DNA of 64,000 nt from an uncultured Alphaproteobacteria bacterium (GTDB lineage: Bacteria > Pseudomonadota > Alphaproteobacteria > Sphingomonadales > Sphingomonadaceae). The DNA lies in the NCBI GenBank assembly GCA_963843855.1, contig CAWJMA010000007.1:185065-249064 (forward strand). Reading direction: 5' to 3'. The position numbers were made by a program, and so were the translations under genes. Under the pieces are notes generated by a model that saw only the letters and a program-made list of their open reading frames with translations, was not told the origin of the DNA and did no database searches. Positions 39,699 to 49,123 of this stretch are shown one piece after another. Numbering within the stretch: position 1 is the first letter of the stretch; every line of letters starts with the position of its first letter.

Positions 39699-40704
39699 GG
39701 CCGGTCAGCAATTCATATTGCGACAGGCCGGTGGCTGCCGATGCCGTCGGCAGGTCGTAATCCACGGCAACCCAATCGCCCTCCGCCAGTTCCGGCGCAG
39801 TCGAACAATCGACCGCAATCAGGTCCATTGAAATACGACCGAGCAGCGCGAGTGAAGTTTCACCAAACCTTACCCCCCCCTTCCCGGCGAACGAACGCAA
39901 ATAACCGTCGGCATAGCCGATGTTGGCAATCGCGATCGGCGTGTCGCGTTCTGCTACCCAGGTTGCGCCATAGCCGACGCTTTCGCCTGCCCTGACGGTG
40001 CGTCGCTGCAAAATCTCGGCTTCCGGATAAACGACCTGCGCGATCCGCCCTTCTGCTTCGCGGCGCGGCAATCCGCCGTAGAGCGCAAGCCCCGGACGCG
40101 TAAGGTCGAAGCCATAGTCTGCGCCCAGGCAAACCCCCGCACTGTTGGCGAGCGAATAAGCACGTGCCGGCACTGCCGCCTTCACCGCCCGAAACCGCTC
40201 CAGTTGGGCGCGATTGAGTCCGCTATCCTCATCTGCCGATGCCAGATGACTCATCAAGGTCGTGATCTCTAGGTCTTCCAGAACGTCGATTTCGTCGGTC
40301 CGGATACCGAGCCGGTTCATCCCGGTATCGACCATCACGTCGCACGGCTGATCGGGGGCAATTTCCTTCCATCGCCCGACCTGTTGCGGCGTGTTGAGCA
40401 CAGGCCGCGCGAGTCCAGACAATGCGGTTTCCACGTCTTCCGGACCGACGCCGTGAAGCACGCTGAGCCGCGTTCCCTCGGGCAGTTTGCCGAGCGCCTC
40501 GGCCTCGGCCCAAGTCGAAACGAAAAAGTCGCGGCATCCCGCTTCGGCCAGCCGCTCGGTCACCCCGCGCGCGCCGAGCCCATAACCGTCGGCCTTGACC
40601 GCCGCCCCGGCCGGCACTTCCCCGCGCTGCTGCAACCAGCGCCAGTTAGACTGGAGTGCATCAGTGTCGAGCCGAAGGCGAAGTGCGTGGTGGGTCACGC
40701 CCAT
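39667..40704 (-). CDS. alr: Alanine racemase
   Basis: AVKADGYG PLP-lysine motif, VDTGMNRLG, RPGLALYG, GYADGY, GRISMD. Confidence 0.93.
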   Translation of the reverse strand: MGVTHHALRLRLDTDALQSNWRWLQQRGEVPAGAAVKADGYGLGARGVTERLAEAGCRDFFVSTWAEAEALGKLPEGTRLSVLHGVGPEDVETALSGLARPVLNTPQQVGRWKEIAPDQPCDVMVDTGMNRLGIRTDEIDVLEDLEITTLMSHLASADEDSGLNRAQLERFRAVKAAVPARAYSLANSAGVCLGADYGFDLTRPGLALYGGLPRREAEGRIAQVVYPEAEILQRRTVRAGESVGYGATWVAERDTPIAIANIGYADGYLRSFAGKGGVRFGETSLALLGRISMDLIAVDCSTAPELAEGDWVAVDYDLPTASAATGLSQYELLTGLSGRFSRSWT

Positions 40705-40707
40705 GCC

Positions 40708-41091
40708 CTAGTCACCCCCGTTATCGCCGTCGAGTGCCGCTTTGGCCTGATGCCACTCGCGCCCGTCGAAATGTTCGATGGCAAGGGCGAGCGGCTGGTC
40801 GAGGCAGTGGGCGTTGACGCTCCAAGCTCCCGGATGGCTGCGCGGCTGGTAGAAGCTCTTGATGCCGCAGGCCGAGCAGAACAGATGCTCTGCCGCGCCT
40901 GTCCCGAAGCGGTAAGAAGTGAGCGCCTCTGCCCCGCTTTCCAGAACCAGGTCCGCGTGCGGGACGATGATGTGGAGAAATCCGGTCGCCGAGCAGATCG
41001 AGCAATTGCAGTCGAGCGCTGGAACCGGCTCCGAGGGAAGCGTGCAGCGGAAACGCACCGCCTTGCAGTGACATCCGCCAGTCGCGTTCAC
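40708..41091 (-). CDS. GFA family (CENP-V) zinc-binding protein
   Basis: [22 protein letters not shown]; GTGA overlap with the true glmS stop at 41088. Confidence 0.9.
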   Translation of the reverse strand: MNATGGCHCKAVRFRCTLPSEPVPALDCNCSICSATGFLHIIVPHADLVLESGAEALTSYRFGTGAAEHLFCSACGIKSFYQPRSHPGAWSVNAHCLDQPLALAIEHFDGREWHQAKAALDGDNGGD

Positions 41092-42912
41092 TCCACCGTT
41101 ACCGACTTCGCGAGGTTGCGGGGCTGGTCGACGTCGGTGCCTTTCAGCACGGCGACATGGTAGGCGAGCAGCTGGACCGGGACGGCGTAGACCAGCGGGG
41201 CGATCAGCGGGTGGACGCTGGGCATCTCGATTGTCGCGACGCAGCCGTCGCCGGCTGAGGCAATTCCCTCCGAAATCGCTGATCAGGATGATCTTGCCGC
41301 CCCGCGCGCGGACTTCCTGCATGTTGCTGACGGTCTTTTCGAACAATGGGCCGGATGGCGCCAGGACGATCACCGGGACCAAGTCGTCGATCAACGCGAT
41401 CGGGCCGTGCTTCATCTCCCCCGCGGCATAGCCTTCGGCATGGATGTAACTAATTTCCTTCAGTTTCAACGCGCCTTCCAGCGCCATCGGATAATCCGGC
41501 CCGCGCCCGAGATAGAGCACGTCGCGCGCCGGCGCGACGAGATGGGCCATGCCCTTGATCTCGTCGTCATGGGCGAGCGCGGCAGACATTGCTTCGGGCG
41601 CTTCCTGCAAATGGCCGACGATTGCCGCTTCGGCATTGCGGTCGAGTTTTCCCTTGGCGCGCGCCAGGTTGGCGGCAAGCGCGGCAAGCACGGCGAGCTG
41701 GCAGGTAAAGGCCTTGGTCGAGGCAACCCCGATTTCCGGTCCGGCATGGGTCGGCAGGAGTAGATCCGCCTCGCGCGCCATCGAACTGGTCGGGACGTTG
41801 CAGACGACGGCGATAATCTGGCCGTGCGCCCGCGCGTGCCGCAGCGCCGCAAGCGTATCGGCGGTTTCACCGCTCTGCGAAATGAACAGCGCAAGGCCGC
41901 CTGCCTCCAGGACCGGGTCGCGGTAGCGGAACTCGCTCGCGACATCGATGTCGACGGGCACCCGGGCGAATTGCTCGAACCAATATTTGGCGACCAGCCC
42001 GGCGTAGAAAGACGTGCCGCAAGCGACGATGGTGACGCGTCTGACCGTGGCCAAGTCGAACCGGAAATCGGGGAGCGCGACCTCGCCCTCGAATGGGCGG
42101 AGGTATGAACGCAGCGTGTCGCCGACGACCACCGGCTGCTCGAAGATCTCCTTGAGCATGAAATGCGGATGGTTGCCCTTATCAATCCGGTCGGCCACCG
42201 CGCCGCTTTGCACGACCGGACGCTCGACCGGATTGTTGGCGCGGTCGAAAATCGCGATCGAATCCCGGCGAATGACAGCCCAGTCACCTTCGTCGAGATA
42301 AGCGATCTGCTGGGTCAGCGGTGCAAGCGCCAAGGCGTCGGAACCAAGGTAATTTTCGCCCGACCCGAAGCCGACGGTCAGCGGCGCTCCCATGCGCGCG
42401 CCGATGACCATATCGGGATGATCCTTGAACAGGAACGCCATCGCAAAGGCACCATGCAACCGCGGCAAGACGGCCGCGACGGCATCCTGCGGCGATTCCC
42501 CGCTCTCGATCTCTCGCGCCACCAGATGCGCGACAACTTCGCTGTCGGTCTCGCTCAGGAAGGTGCGTCCTTCGGCAATCAATTCATCGCGGAGCGGCTT
42601 GAAATTCTCGATGATTCCATTGTGCACCAAGGCAACCGGGCCGACGATGTGCGGATGGGCATTATCGACGGTCGGCGCGCCATGGGTCGCCCAGCGGGTG
42701 TGTGCGATCCCGACGTCGCCGTGAAGCGGCTTCGCGTCGAGCTCGGCACGCAAGTTTTCCAGCTTGCCCTCGGCCCGGCGCCGCGCGAACTCGCCGTCTT
42801 CGACGGTGCAGATGCCGGCGCTGTCATAGCCGCGATATTCCAACCGCTTCAGCCCATGAAACAGATCCCGTGCGGCACCATTACGACCGACAATCCCGAC
42901 AATCCCGCACAT
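41088..42912 (-). CDS. glmS: Glutamine-fructose-6-phosphate aminotransferase; +1 frameshift at about 41274
   Basis: [43 protein letters not shown]. Removing one base from GAAATC (41272-41277) restores SDSEGI...[11 protein letters not shown] stop. Confidence 0.96.
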
Positions 42913-44277
42913 TTATTTGGAGTCCTTCTTGACCTTCTGCCGTTGCCTGAACCGGTGCGCCCAGCCCTTCATGCCGCGCTGCTCGCCTCTCGCGACCGCA
43001 AGTTCATCAGCAGCAATGTCCTTGGTGATGACCGATCCGGCGCCAACAATCGCGCCGTCGCCGATCGTCACTGGGGCGACCAGAGCGCTGTTCGACCCGA
43101 TGAAGGCACCGGCCCCGATCACGGTCGGATATTTGAAGAATCCGTCGTAATTGCAGGTGATGGTGCCAGCGCCGATATTGGCCTTGGCCCCGACCTCGGC
43201 ATCGCCCAGATAAGCCAGGTGATTGGCCTTGGCGCCGGCGCCGAGACGGGCCTTTTTCATTTCGACGAAATTGCCGACCTTTGAACCCGTCTCCATGACC
43301 GCGCCTGGACGGAGCCTAGCGAACGGGCCGACTTCGCAGCCGGTAGCAATGTCCGCACCCTCAATGTGGCTGAAAGCGCGGATGACCGCGCCGTCGGCAA
43401 TGGTCACGCCTGGACCGAACACGACATGCGGTTCGATAGTGCAATCACGACCAAGTTTCGTGTCGGCGGAAAACCAGACGCTCTCCGGATCAATCAGGGT
43501 CGCGCCCTGCTCCAGCGCGGCCCAGCGGCGGCGTCCCTGCCAATCCAGTTCCAGCGCGGCGAGTTCGGCGCGGCTGTTGACGCCCGCCGTTTCGAATGGC
43601 TCGCCTTCGATTGCGACGGGATGACGTCCTTCGTCATGAGCGACGTTGACGACATCGGGCAGATAGTATTCGCCCGCAGCATTGGCATTGCCGATCGCGC
43701 CGAGCCAGCGGAACAAGTCGGCGCGGCTGGCGGCGAGCATTCCACTGTTGCACAATTTGACCGCGCGTTCTTCGGGCGTCGCGTCTTTAAACTCGACCAT
43801 CTTGGCAATCCGGTCGCCGCCATCCTCCAGGATCACCCGGCCATAGGATTTTCCGTCTTTGGGCGCGCTTGCAAGGACGACCACGCCGGGATCGTCGGGC
43901 TCCGCCAATCGCCGCAGCATAGCTTGCAGCGTCTCTGCGGTGACGAAAGGCGTATCGCCGAAGGTAACAATTACCGGCCCCTCGACATCTCCAAGTGCGT
44001 CGGACGCCATCAGCACGGCGTGGCCGGTGCCCTTCTGTTCGGACTGGAGCGCCGTTGCGACACCGCTGCGGCGGTCAAGCACGCTTTCAACCTGTTCGCG
44101 CCCCTTGCCGACGACGACGACGACGCGGCTTGCGCCCATGTCCTGCACGGTATCGAGCAGGTGGAGCAGCATCGGCTTGCCCGCGATCGGATGGAGGACC
44201 TTGTGCGTATCGGAACGCATTCGCGTACCTTGCCCGGCGGCAAGCACGACAACGGAAAATGGGGACGACGAATTCAT
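42913..44277 (-). CDS. glmU: Bifunctional GlmU (start 44277, 44289 or 44304)
   Basis: VLAAGQGTRM, QKGTGHAV, EYYLPD, GPFARLRP, NFVEMK, GAGTITCNYDG hexapeptide region. Confidence 0.96.
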   Translation of the reverse strand: MNSSSPFSVVVLAAGQGTRMRSDTHKVLHPIAGKPMLLHLLDTVQDMGASRVVVVVGKGREQVESVLDRRSGVATALQSEQKGTGHAVLMASDALGDVEGPVIVTFGDTPFVTAETLQAMLRRLAEPDDPGVVVLASAPKDGKSYGRVILEDGGDRIAKMVEFKDATPEERAVKLCNSGMLAASRADLFRWLGAIGNANAAGEYYLPDVVNVAHDEGRHPVAIEGEPFETAGVNSRAELAALELDWQGRRRWAALEQGATLIDPESVWFSADTKLGRDCTIEPHVVFGPGVTIADGAVIRAFSHIEGADIATGCEVGPFARLRPGAVMETGSKVGNFVEMKKARLGAGAKANHLAYLGDAEVGAKANIGAGTITCNYDGFFKYPTVIGAGAFIGSNSALVAPVTIGDGAIVGAGSVITKDIAADELAVARGEQRGMKGWAHRFRQRQKVKKDSK

Positions 44278-44342
44278 CGTCGTCCCCATGGCATGAGCAA
44301 TCATCTTATTCCATAGCCCCGAAGGGCTTCAGACCGACGAAA

Positions 44343-44834
44343 TCAGCTTTTCGGCGCTGCCGGCTTGCGAGCGGTGGTCCTGCGCGCGGCGGGCTTGCGC
44401 GCGGCAGGCTTCTTCGCCGATGCAGCGCGGGTCGCGCCGGTCTTTTTCGGGGCAGCCTTGCGCGCGGTAGGCTTCTTTGCGGCGGTCTTGCGGGCGGGCG
44501 ACTTCGCTGTGGCCGGCTTGGCAGCAGGGGCGTCGTCGAGCGACCATTTGCCAGACAGGACACGCTGCGCAGCGTCGGCAACTGCTTCGGCGATCAGTGT
44601 CCCGAGCTTCGACGCGCTGGTCATCATCTGCGTGGCGGCTTGGCTGGCATTGTCGGCGGCATCCATGCCGGCGTCCTTGATTGCCTTGCGCGCTTTCGGA
44701 CTGGCTGCAATCGCAGCGGCGGCGGCCGTCAGTCCGGCGGCCAGCATCTCGCGGCTCATGGCCGCTTTTGCGATCTTGTCCATCGTCGTGTCGTTCGATT
44801 TACGGCTGGTTGATTTGGTGGTGGTTTTCGCCAT
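44343..44834 (-). CDS. Hypothetical protein with Lys/Ala/Pro-rich (histone H1-like) C-terminal tail
   Basis: AAAAGGAG SD; tail AAKPATAKSPARKTAAKKPTARKAAPKK...KPAARKPAARR. Confidence 0.8.
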   Translation of the reverse strand: MAKTTTKSTSRKSNDTTMDKIAKAAMSREMLAAGLTAAAAAIAASPKARKAIKDAGMDAADNASQAATQMMTSASKLGTLIAEAVADAAQRVLSGKWSLDDAPAAKPATAKSPARKTAAKKPTARKAAPKKTGATRAASAKKPAARKPAARRTTARKPAAPKS

Positions 44835-44868
44835 GTGAAAAAACTCCTTTTGTCCTGTTCATCGGAAA

Positions 44869-44893
44869 GACGGTTCAAGGACGAGACGGTTCC
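44869..44893 (-). promoter_or_regulatory. EcfG/SigT-like promoter
   Basis: Minus strand GGAAC-N16-CGTC versus consensus GGAAC-N16/17-CGTT (1 mismatch), about 35 bp upstream of the start at 44834. Confidence 0.5.
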
Positions 44894-44914
44894 GGAATAA
44901 CCTAGGTTAGCGAC

Positions 44915-44954
44915 AAAAGTAAGGGGAGCCGCGGCACCACACCGCGACTCCCCT
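44915..44954 (-). terminator. Rho-independent terminator of the small transcript
   Basis: Minus strand AGGGGAGTCGCGG-tgtggtg-CCGCGGCTCCCCT then TACTTTT. Confidence 0.8.
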
Positions 44955-45006
44955 CAACATGGTCAGCGATCGGACGTTCAAGCCCGCGAAGGACCGAGAT
45001 GGCTGG

Positions 45007-45063
45007 TCAGGCCATCGCCCTCCAAGCGAACGGGGCCGATCTCCAAGCTGAACCATGAGACAT
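45007..45063 (-). CDS. 18-aa small ORF MSHGSAWRSAPFAWRAMA behind an extended Shine-Dalgarno (small protein or dual-function sRNA)
   Basis: GAAAGGAGGTGATCC-G-ATG; GGAGG is 7 nt from the ATG; own promoter and terminator flank it. Confidence 0.6.
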   Translation of the reverse strand: MSHGSAWRSAPFAWRAMA

Positions 45064-45099
45064 CGGATCACCTCCTTTCGCTGCATTGAAGCCAACCAC

Positions 45100-45128
45100 A
45101 AGATGTTGTGGGAACGCGCGAATGACAA
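45100..45128 (-). promoter_or_regulatory. Sigma70-type promoter of the small transcript
   Basis: TTGTCA (45128-45123)-17 nt-CATCTT (45105-45100). Confidence 0.5.
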
Positions 45129-45188
45129 GACTTGTAATGGTGTAAAATCAGAGTAATCTCTTGCGCTTCGTGCCTGGACCCCGGGCGC

Positions 45189-45725
45189 TTATTTTCCCAG
45201 CTTTTCGACCTTCGCCTGAAGCGCCGCCAACTGCGCTTTCAATTCCGCAACATCATCGTTTTCCGCTCCGACTTCGCCCTTGGTTGGTACTTCAGCAGAT
45301 CCACCGGTGAACGCACGGCCCGCCTTTTCGAACATTTCCATGTTGCGCTTGGCAAGATCGGCAAACATGGTCGGTCCGAACGCGCCGGTCATCGCCTCGC
45401 GGTTTTTCTTGAAGGCATCCATGGCGGCATCGAGATACTGGGGAACCGCAGATTGCATGTTGCCACCGTACAGACCGATCAGGTCGCGCAGGAAATTGAC
45501 CGGAAGCATGGTCGTACCGCGCGCTTCTTCTTCGACGATTATCTGCGTGAGCACCTGATGGGTAATATCTTCACCGCTCTTGGCGTCGACGACTTCGAAG
45601 TCGCGGCCGTCGCGGATCATCTGGCCCAATTTGTCCAGGGTAATGTACGATGAACTTTCCGTGTCATACAGCCGTCGGTTGGCGTACTTCTTGATCGTGA
45701 CCTTACCCGATGACGACTTGCCCAT
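45189..45725 (-). CDS. phaR: Polyhydroxyalkanoate synthesis repressor PhaR
   Basis: VTIKKYANRRLYDTESSSYITL, DAKSGEDIT..VLTQII.EEE, LP..FLR.LI. Confidence 0.95.
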   Translation of the reverse strand: MGKSSSGKVTIKKYANRRLYDTESSSYITLDKLGQMIRDGRDFEVVDAKSGEDITHQVLTQIIVEEEARGTTMLPVNFLRDLIGLYGGNMQSAVPQYLDAAMDAFKKNREAMTGAFGPTMFADLAKRNMEMFEKAGRAFTGGSAEVPTKGEVGAENDDVAELKAQLAALQAKVEKLGK

Positions 45726-46803
45726 GAACCAACCTCCCGATGAAGCGGGCAATGTAGCACCCGCTCATGCCGCATCGCAACAAAAGGTTGAAGAACATGC
45801 TGCGCCGCGTCCGCTGCCGCTGTTCCTGGCGCTGGTTCGAAACGTCGCGGAGCGTGATCCCGAACTGGCTCGCGCTGCGCTTGACGGACTACACGCCTAC
45901 ATGGGCGCACCGCGCCCCAAGCCACGGAAATCGAGATCGAAAGTGGCCGAGGTTCATGGCGCATCGCTACGCGATTATGGTGGCCTTGGACGGCCGATCA
46001 TCCTGGTTCCGTCGCTGATCAATCCGCCCCACATCCTAGATCTCGACGATGAGACATCCCTTGCTAGGACCCTCTCGGAAACGCACCGCGTGCTGCTTGT
46101 CGATTGGGGGCAAGCTGCCGATCGTGCTGCATTGGATGTTGCGCAGCATATCGAGCAGATTTTGATACCATTGATTGCGCAGCTCGATGCTCGGCCGCTG
46201 CTCACCGGCTATTGTTTAGGCGGGACGATGGCGATGGCGGCTGCGCAATTGATCCCGGTCGCGGCGGTCGCAACGCTGGCCGCGCCTTGGCGCTTCTCCG
46301 CCTACGGCGGAATGGCCCGCGACGCGCTCGCCGCGATATGGCGGGATTCGCGAGAGGCATCGTCGCAGCTCGGCGCGATGCCGATGGAAGTGTTGCAGGC
46401 CGCATTCTGGGCACTCGATCCCGACCGGACGGTCACCAAATTTGCCTCCTTCGGTAGACTCGACCTGACCAGCGACGATGCCTGCCGGTTCGTGGCGTTG
46501 GAGGATTGGGCAAACCAGGGAGAGCCATTGCCATTGCCCGCCGCGAAGGAATTGTTCGAGCGCCTGTTCGCTGCCGATGCACCGGGCAAGGGTGACTGGA
46601 CGGTCGGCGGGAAAAGGATGTCCGACGAATTGCCCTGTCCTGCCCTTCATTGCATCGCCCGTAGCGACCATATCGTTCCTGCGGCGACTGCTCCAAACGG
46701 GCAAAAAGTGAAGATCGATTCCGGCCATGTCGGGATGATCGTGGGTCGCGCTCGCCACGATCTCTATCGTCAGTTAACCGAATTTTTTGCTTTGATGGAG
46801 TAA
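45724..46803 (+). CDS. PhaC-like alpha/beta hydrolase (start uncertain)
   Basis: [19 protein letters not shown] (Cys nucleophile box), [13 protein letters not shown]; divergent from phaR. Confidence 0.8.
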   Translation: MNQPPDEAGNVAPAHAASQQKVEEHAAPRPLPLFLALVRNVAERDPELARAALDGLHAYMGAPRPKPRKSRSKVAEVHGASLRDYGGLGRPIILVPSLINPPHILDLDDETSLARTLSETHRVLLVDWGQAADRAALDVAQHIEQILIPLIAQLDARPLLTGYCLGGTMAMAAAQLIPVAAVATLAAPWRFSAYGGMARDALAAIWRDSREASSQLGAMPMEVLQAAFWALDPDRTVTKFASFGRLDLTSDDACRFVALEDWANQGEPLPLPAAKELFERLFAADAPGKGDWTVGGKRMSDELPCPALHCIARSDHIVPAATAPNGQKVKIDSGHVGMIVGRARHDLYRQLTEFFALME

Positions 46804-46889
46804 CCAAAACGCTCTTCCCAGCGAAAGATTAGGCACCGGTCGCCAATGACCGGGCTCACCTCGCCATCGCCGAGCATTCGCCTATTTCG

Positions 46890-47054
46890 ATGCATCGGCC
46901 CGCTGGGATTTCGGCAGGAGCGATCGGTGCAGCGGCTGTCACTCTGGAATATACTCTCAACGAAATCGCACATCTCGGGCTTTGGCGCGTCGCTGTGGTC
47001 GCTGTGATGGCAATCGCGGCGCGGATCGTCTTGCCGCGGCTTTTGCGCTGGTAA
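46890..47054 (+). CDS. Possible 54-aa membrane peptide
   Basis: Manual translation [54 protein letters not shown]; hydrophobic and fills an otherwise empty gap; no clear SD. Confidence 0.35.
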   Translation: MHRPAGISAGAIGAAAVTLEYTLNEIAHLGLWRVAVVAVMAIAARIVLPRLLRW

Positions 47055-47102
47055 TCCAAGCCGCTTGCGGGCGGCGGGCGGCCAAGCTAAGCGAGCGCGC
47101 AG

Positions 47103-47179
<77 letters not shown>

Positions 47180-47207
47180 TTGCTCGAAGTTAGGGCTAGG
47201 TTTCCCG

Positions 47208-48683
47208 ATGGTGCCATTCAACGAAACGCGAATGAATCGGGTTGGTCTCGCCGGCCTGATAAGCAGTTTTGGGTTGCTGATCGCGATCCTTATCTTCGTG
47301 CTTTGGGGCTTTAGCGCCAACCAGCGGGCGAGCGATCTGGTCAATCACACGTACGAAGTGAAGGACGCGGTCTCGGACCTCACCCGCGATTTTGAGCGCA
47401 TGACGGCGACACATCATGGGTTCATTCTCGACCCCGCACCGTATCGCAAAGAGACTTTCCTCGAGAGCAGCGAGCAAATTCTTCCTGGCTTGGATCGCGT
47501 TCAGCGACTTGTGGCCGACAATGAAAACCAAGTCCGTCGGGTGAACGAACTGCGTCCGTTGGTCGCCACTTATATGACAGACATGAGGGGTGCTTTCTCG
47601 CGCCCGGACCGTGCGCTGGCAAACTTCAATGCCTTGAAGAATCGGGAAACATTGGCGCGGGTACGCGCCCTCACCGAGCAAATAGATGTCGAGGAAGATG
47701 TTTTGCTGACGTCGAGGCTAGCCAGCGAGCGCCGCGCCATTTTCCGTGTGCAGGCGCTCCTCGCATTCGCCGGGCTGGGGCTGTTAATTGCGTCGCTCGG
47801 CACCATCTTCATGCTCCGGCGACAAGCCCGCGAACTTGTGGTCAGTCGGACCAAGCTCCACGTGCTGAATACCGATCTTGAAAGCGCGGTCGTCGAACGC
47901 ACTGCCGACTTGAAACGCGCGAACGAGGAAATCTCCCGCTTTGCCTATATCGTGAGCCACGATCTACGCTCTCCGCTCGTCAACGTGATGGGCTTCACTG
48001 CAGAGTTAGAGACCGCGGACAAAACCCTCGCCGCCTTCGTCGATCGCGTCGCGGAAGAACAGCCCGCGCTGGTCGACGACAAAGTCCGATTCGCGGTGAG
48101 GGAGGATTTGCCAGAAGCGATCGGCTTTATCCGCTCCTCGACGCAAAAGATGGACCGGTTGATCAATGCGATTCTTAACTTGTCGCGGCAGGGTCGACGC
48201 GAGCTGAATGCCGAGCATTTGCCGATGGAAACGGTGATTGGCGAAATCAGCGACAGCCTCGCGACACTTGCCGAGGAACGCGATGCGACGATCCGGATCG
48301 AGACCCCCCTGCCCGACCTGAAACATGACCGCGTGGCGATCGAGCAATTGTTCCAGAACCTGATCGAGAATGCGACGAAGTATCTAAAGCCCGGCCAGCC
48401 AGGAAAAATTGTCGTCCGGGGTCGCCGCAATGGCAAGCGCGCTATCTTCGAAATCGAGGATAATGGACGCGGAATTGCGAGCAACGATCATGAACGCATC
48501 TTCGAGCTTTTCCGTCGTTCCGGATCGCAGGACCAGCGCGGTGAAGGCATCGGCCTTGCCCATGTCCGTGCGCTGGCTTACCGGCTTGGCGGGAACGTTA
48601 CGGTGGCGTCAGCATTGAACGCAGGAGCGACTTTTACGGTCGACCTGCCGGTTGCATTTCAAGCGGAGGCAGAAGAGAAATGA
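47208..48683 (+). CDS. CHASE3-type sensor histidine kinase
   Basis: TM-periplasmic helical domain (LVNHTYEV)-TM, H-box VSHDLRSPL, NLIENATKY, DNGRGI, GIGLA. Confidence 0.88.
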   Translation: MVPFNETRMNRVGLAGLISSFGLLIAILIFVLWGFSANQRASDLVNHTYEVKDAVSDLTRDFERMTATHHGFILDPAPYRKETFLESSEQILPGLDRVQRLVADNENQVRRVNELRPLVATYMTDMRGAFSRPDRALANFNALKNRETLARVRALTEQIDVEEDVLLTSRLASERRAIFRVQALLAFAGLGLLIASLGTIFMLRRQARELVVSRTKLHVLNTDLESAVVERTADLKRANEEISRFAYIVSHDLRSPLVNVMGFTAELETADKTLAAFVDRVAEEQPALVDDKVRFAVREDLPEAIGFIRSSTQKMDRLINAILNLSRQGRRELNAEHLPMETVIGEISDSLATLAEERDATIRIETPLPDLKHDRVAIEQLFQNLIENATKYLKPGQPGKIVVRGRRNGKRAIFEIEDNGRGIASNDHERIFELFRRSGSQDQRGEGIGLAHVRALAYRLGGNVTVASALNAGATFTVDLPVAFQAEAEEK

Positions 48684-49123
48684 ATACCCTTCACCCGGTC
48701 AACATCATCATGGTCGAGGATGACGAAGGTCATGCCCGATTGATCGAGAAGAATATCCGGCGCGCCGGAATCTCAAACGATATCCGACACTTCCTCGATG
48801 GCACGACCGCACTCGAGTATATTTTCGACGATCCCGACGGGCCAAGCCAGAATGGTCCTTGTTTGGTGCTGCTCGATCTTAACCTGCCCGACATGAGCGG
48901 CACCGATATCCTCGCCAAAATCAAGGCGGATGAGAAAATGCACGCAATCCCGGTCGTCATCCTGACCACCACGGACGACAAACAGGAAATCCAACGGTGT
49001 TATGACCTAGGCTGCAATGTCTACATTACCAAGCCGGTGAACTATGAAAGCTTCGCCGACGCGATCCGCCAGTTAGGCTTGTTCCTGTCCGTCATACAGG
49101 TGCCCGACACGGCGGCGACCTGA
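48680..49123 (+). CDS. Single-domain response regulator (Rcp1-like)
   Basis: MVEDD, LLDLNLPDMSG, ILTTT, CYDLGCNVYITKPV. Confidence 0.92.
   Translation: MNTLHPVNIIMVEDDEGHARLIEKNIRRAGISNDIRHFLDGTTALEYIFDDPDGPSQNGPCLVLLDLNLPDMSGTDILAKIKADEKMHAIPVVILTTTDDKQEIQRCYDLGCNVYITKPVNYESFADAIRQLGLFLSVIQVPDTAAT

Noticed and set aside
40708-42912. GlmS-GFA fusion (734-aa ORF in the track)
   Set aside because: Produced by the +1 indel at about 41274; correction restores the GlmS end SVTVE stop at 41088 and a separate GFA gene.
45065-45079. 16S rRNA gene fragment (GGATCACCTCCTTTC on the + strand)
   Set aside because: Only 15 nt match; the flanks are not rRNA-like. It is better explained as an extended SD on the minus strand.
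44907-45128. 73-aa ORF MSFARSHN... in the track
   Set aside because: Its start lies in the predicted -35 region and it runs through the terminator; the long SD is positioned for the 18-aa frame instead.
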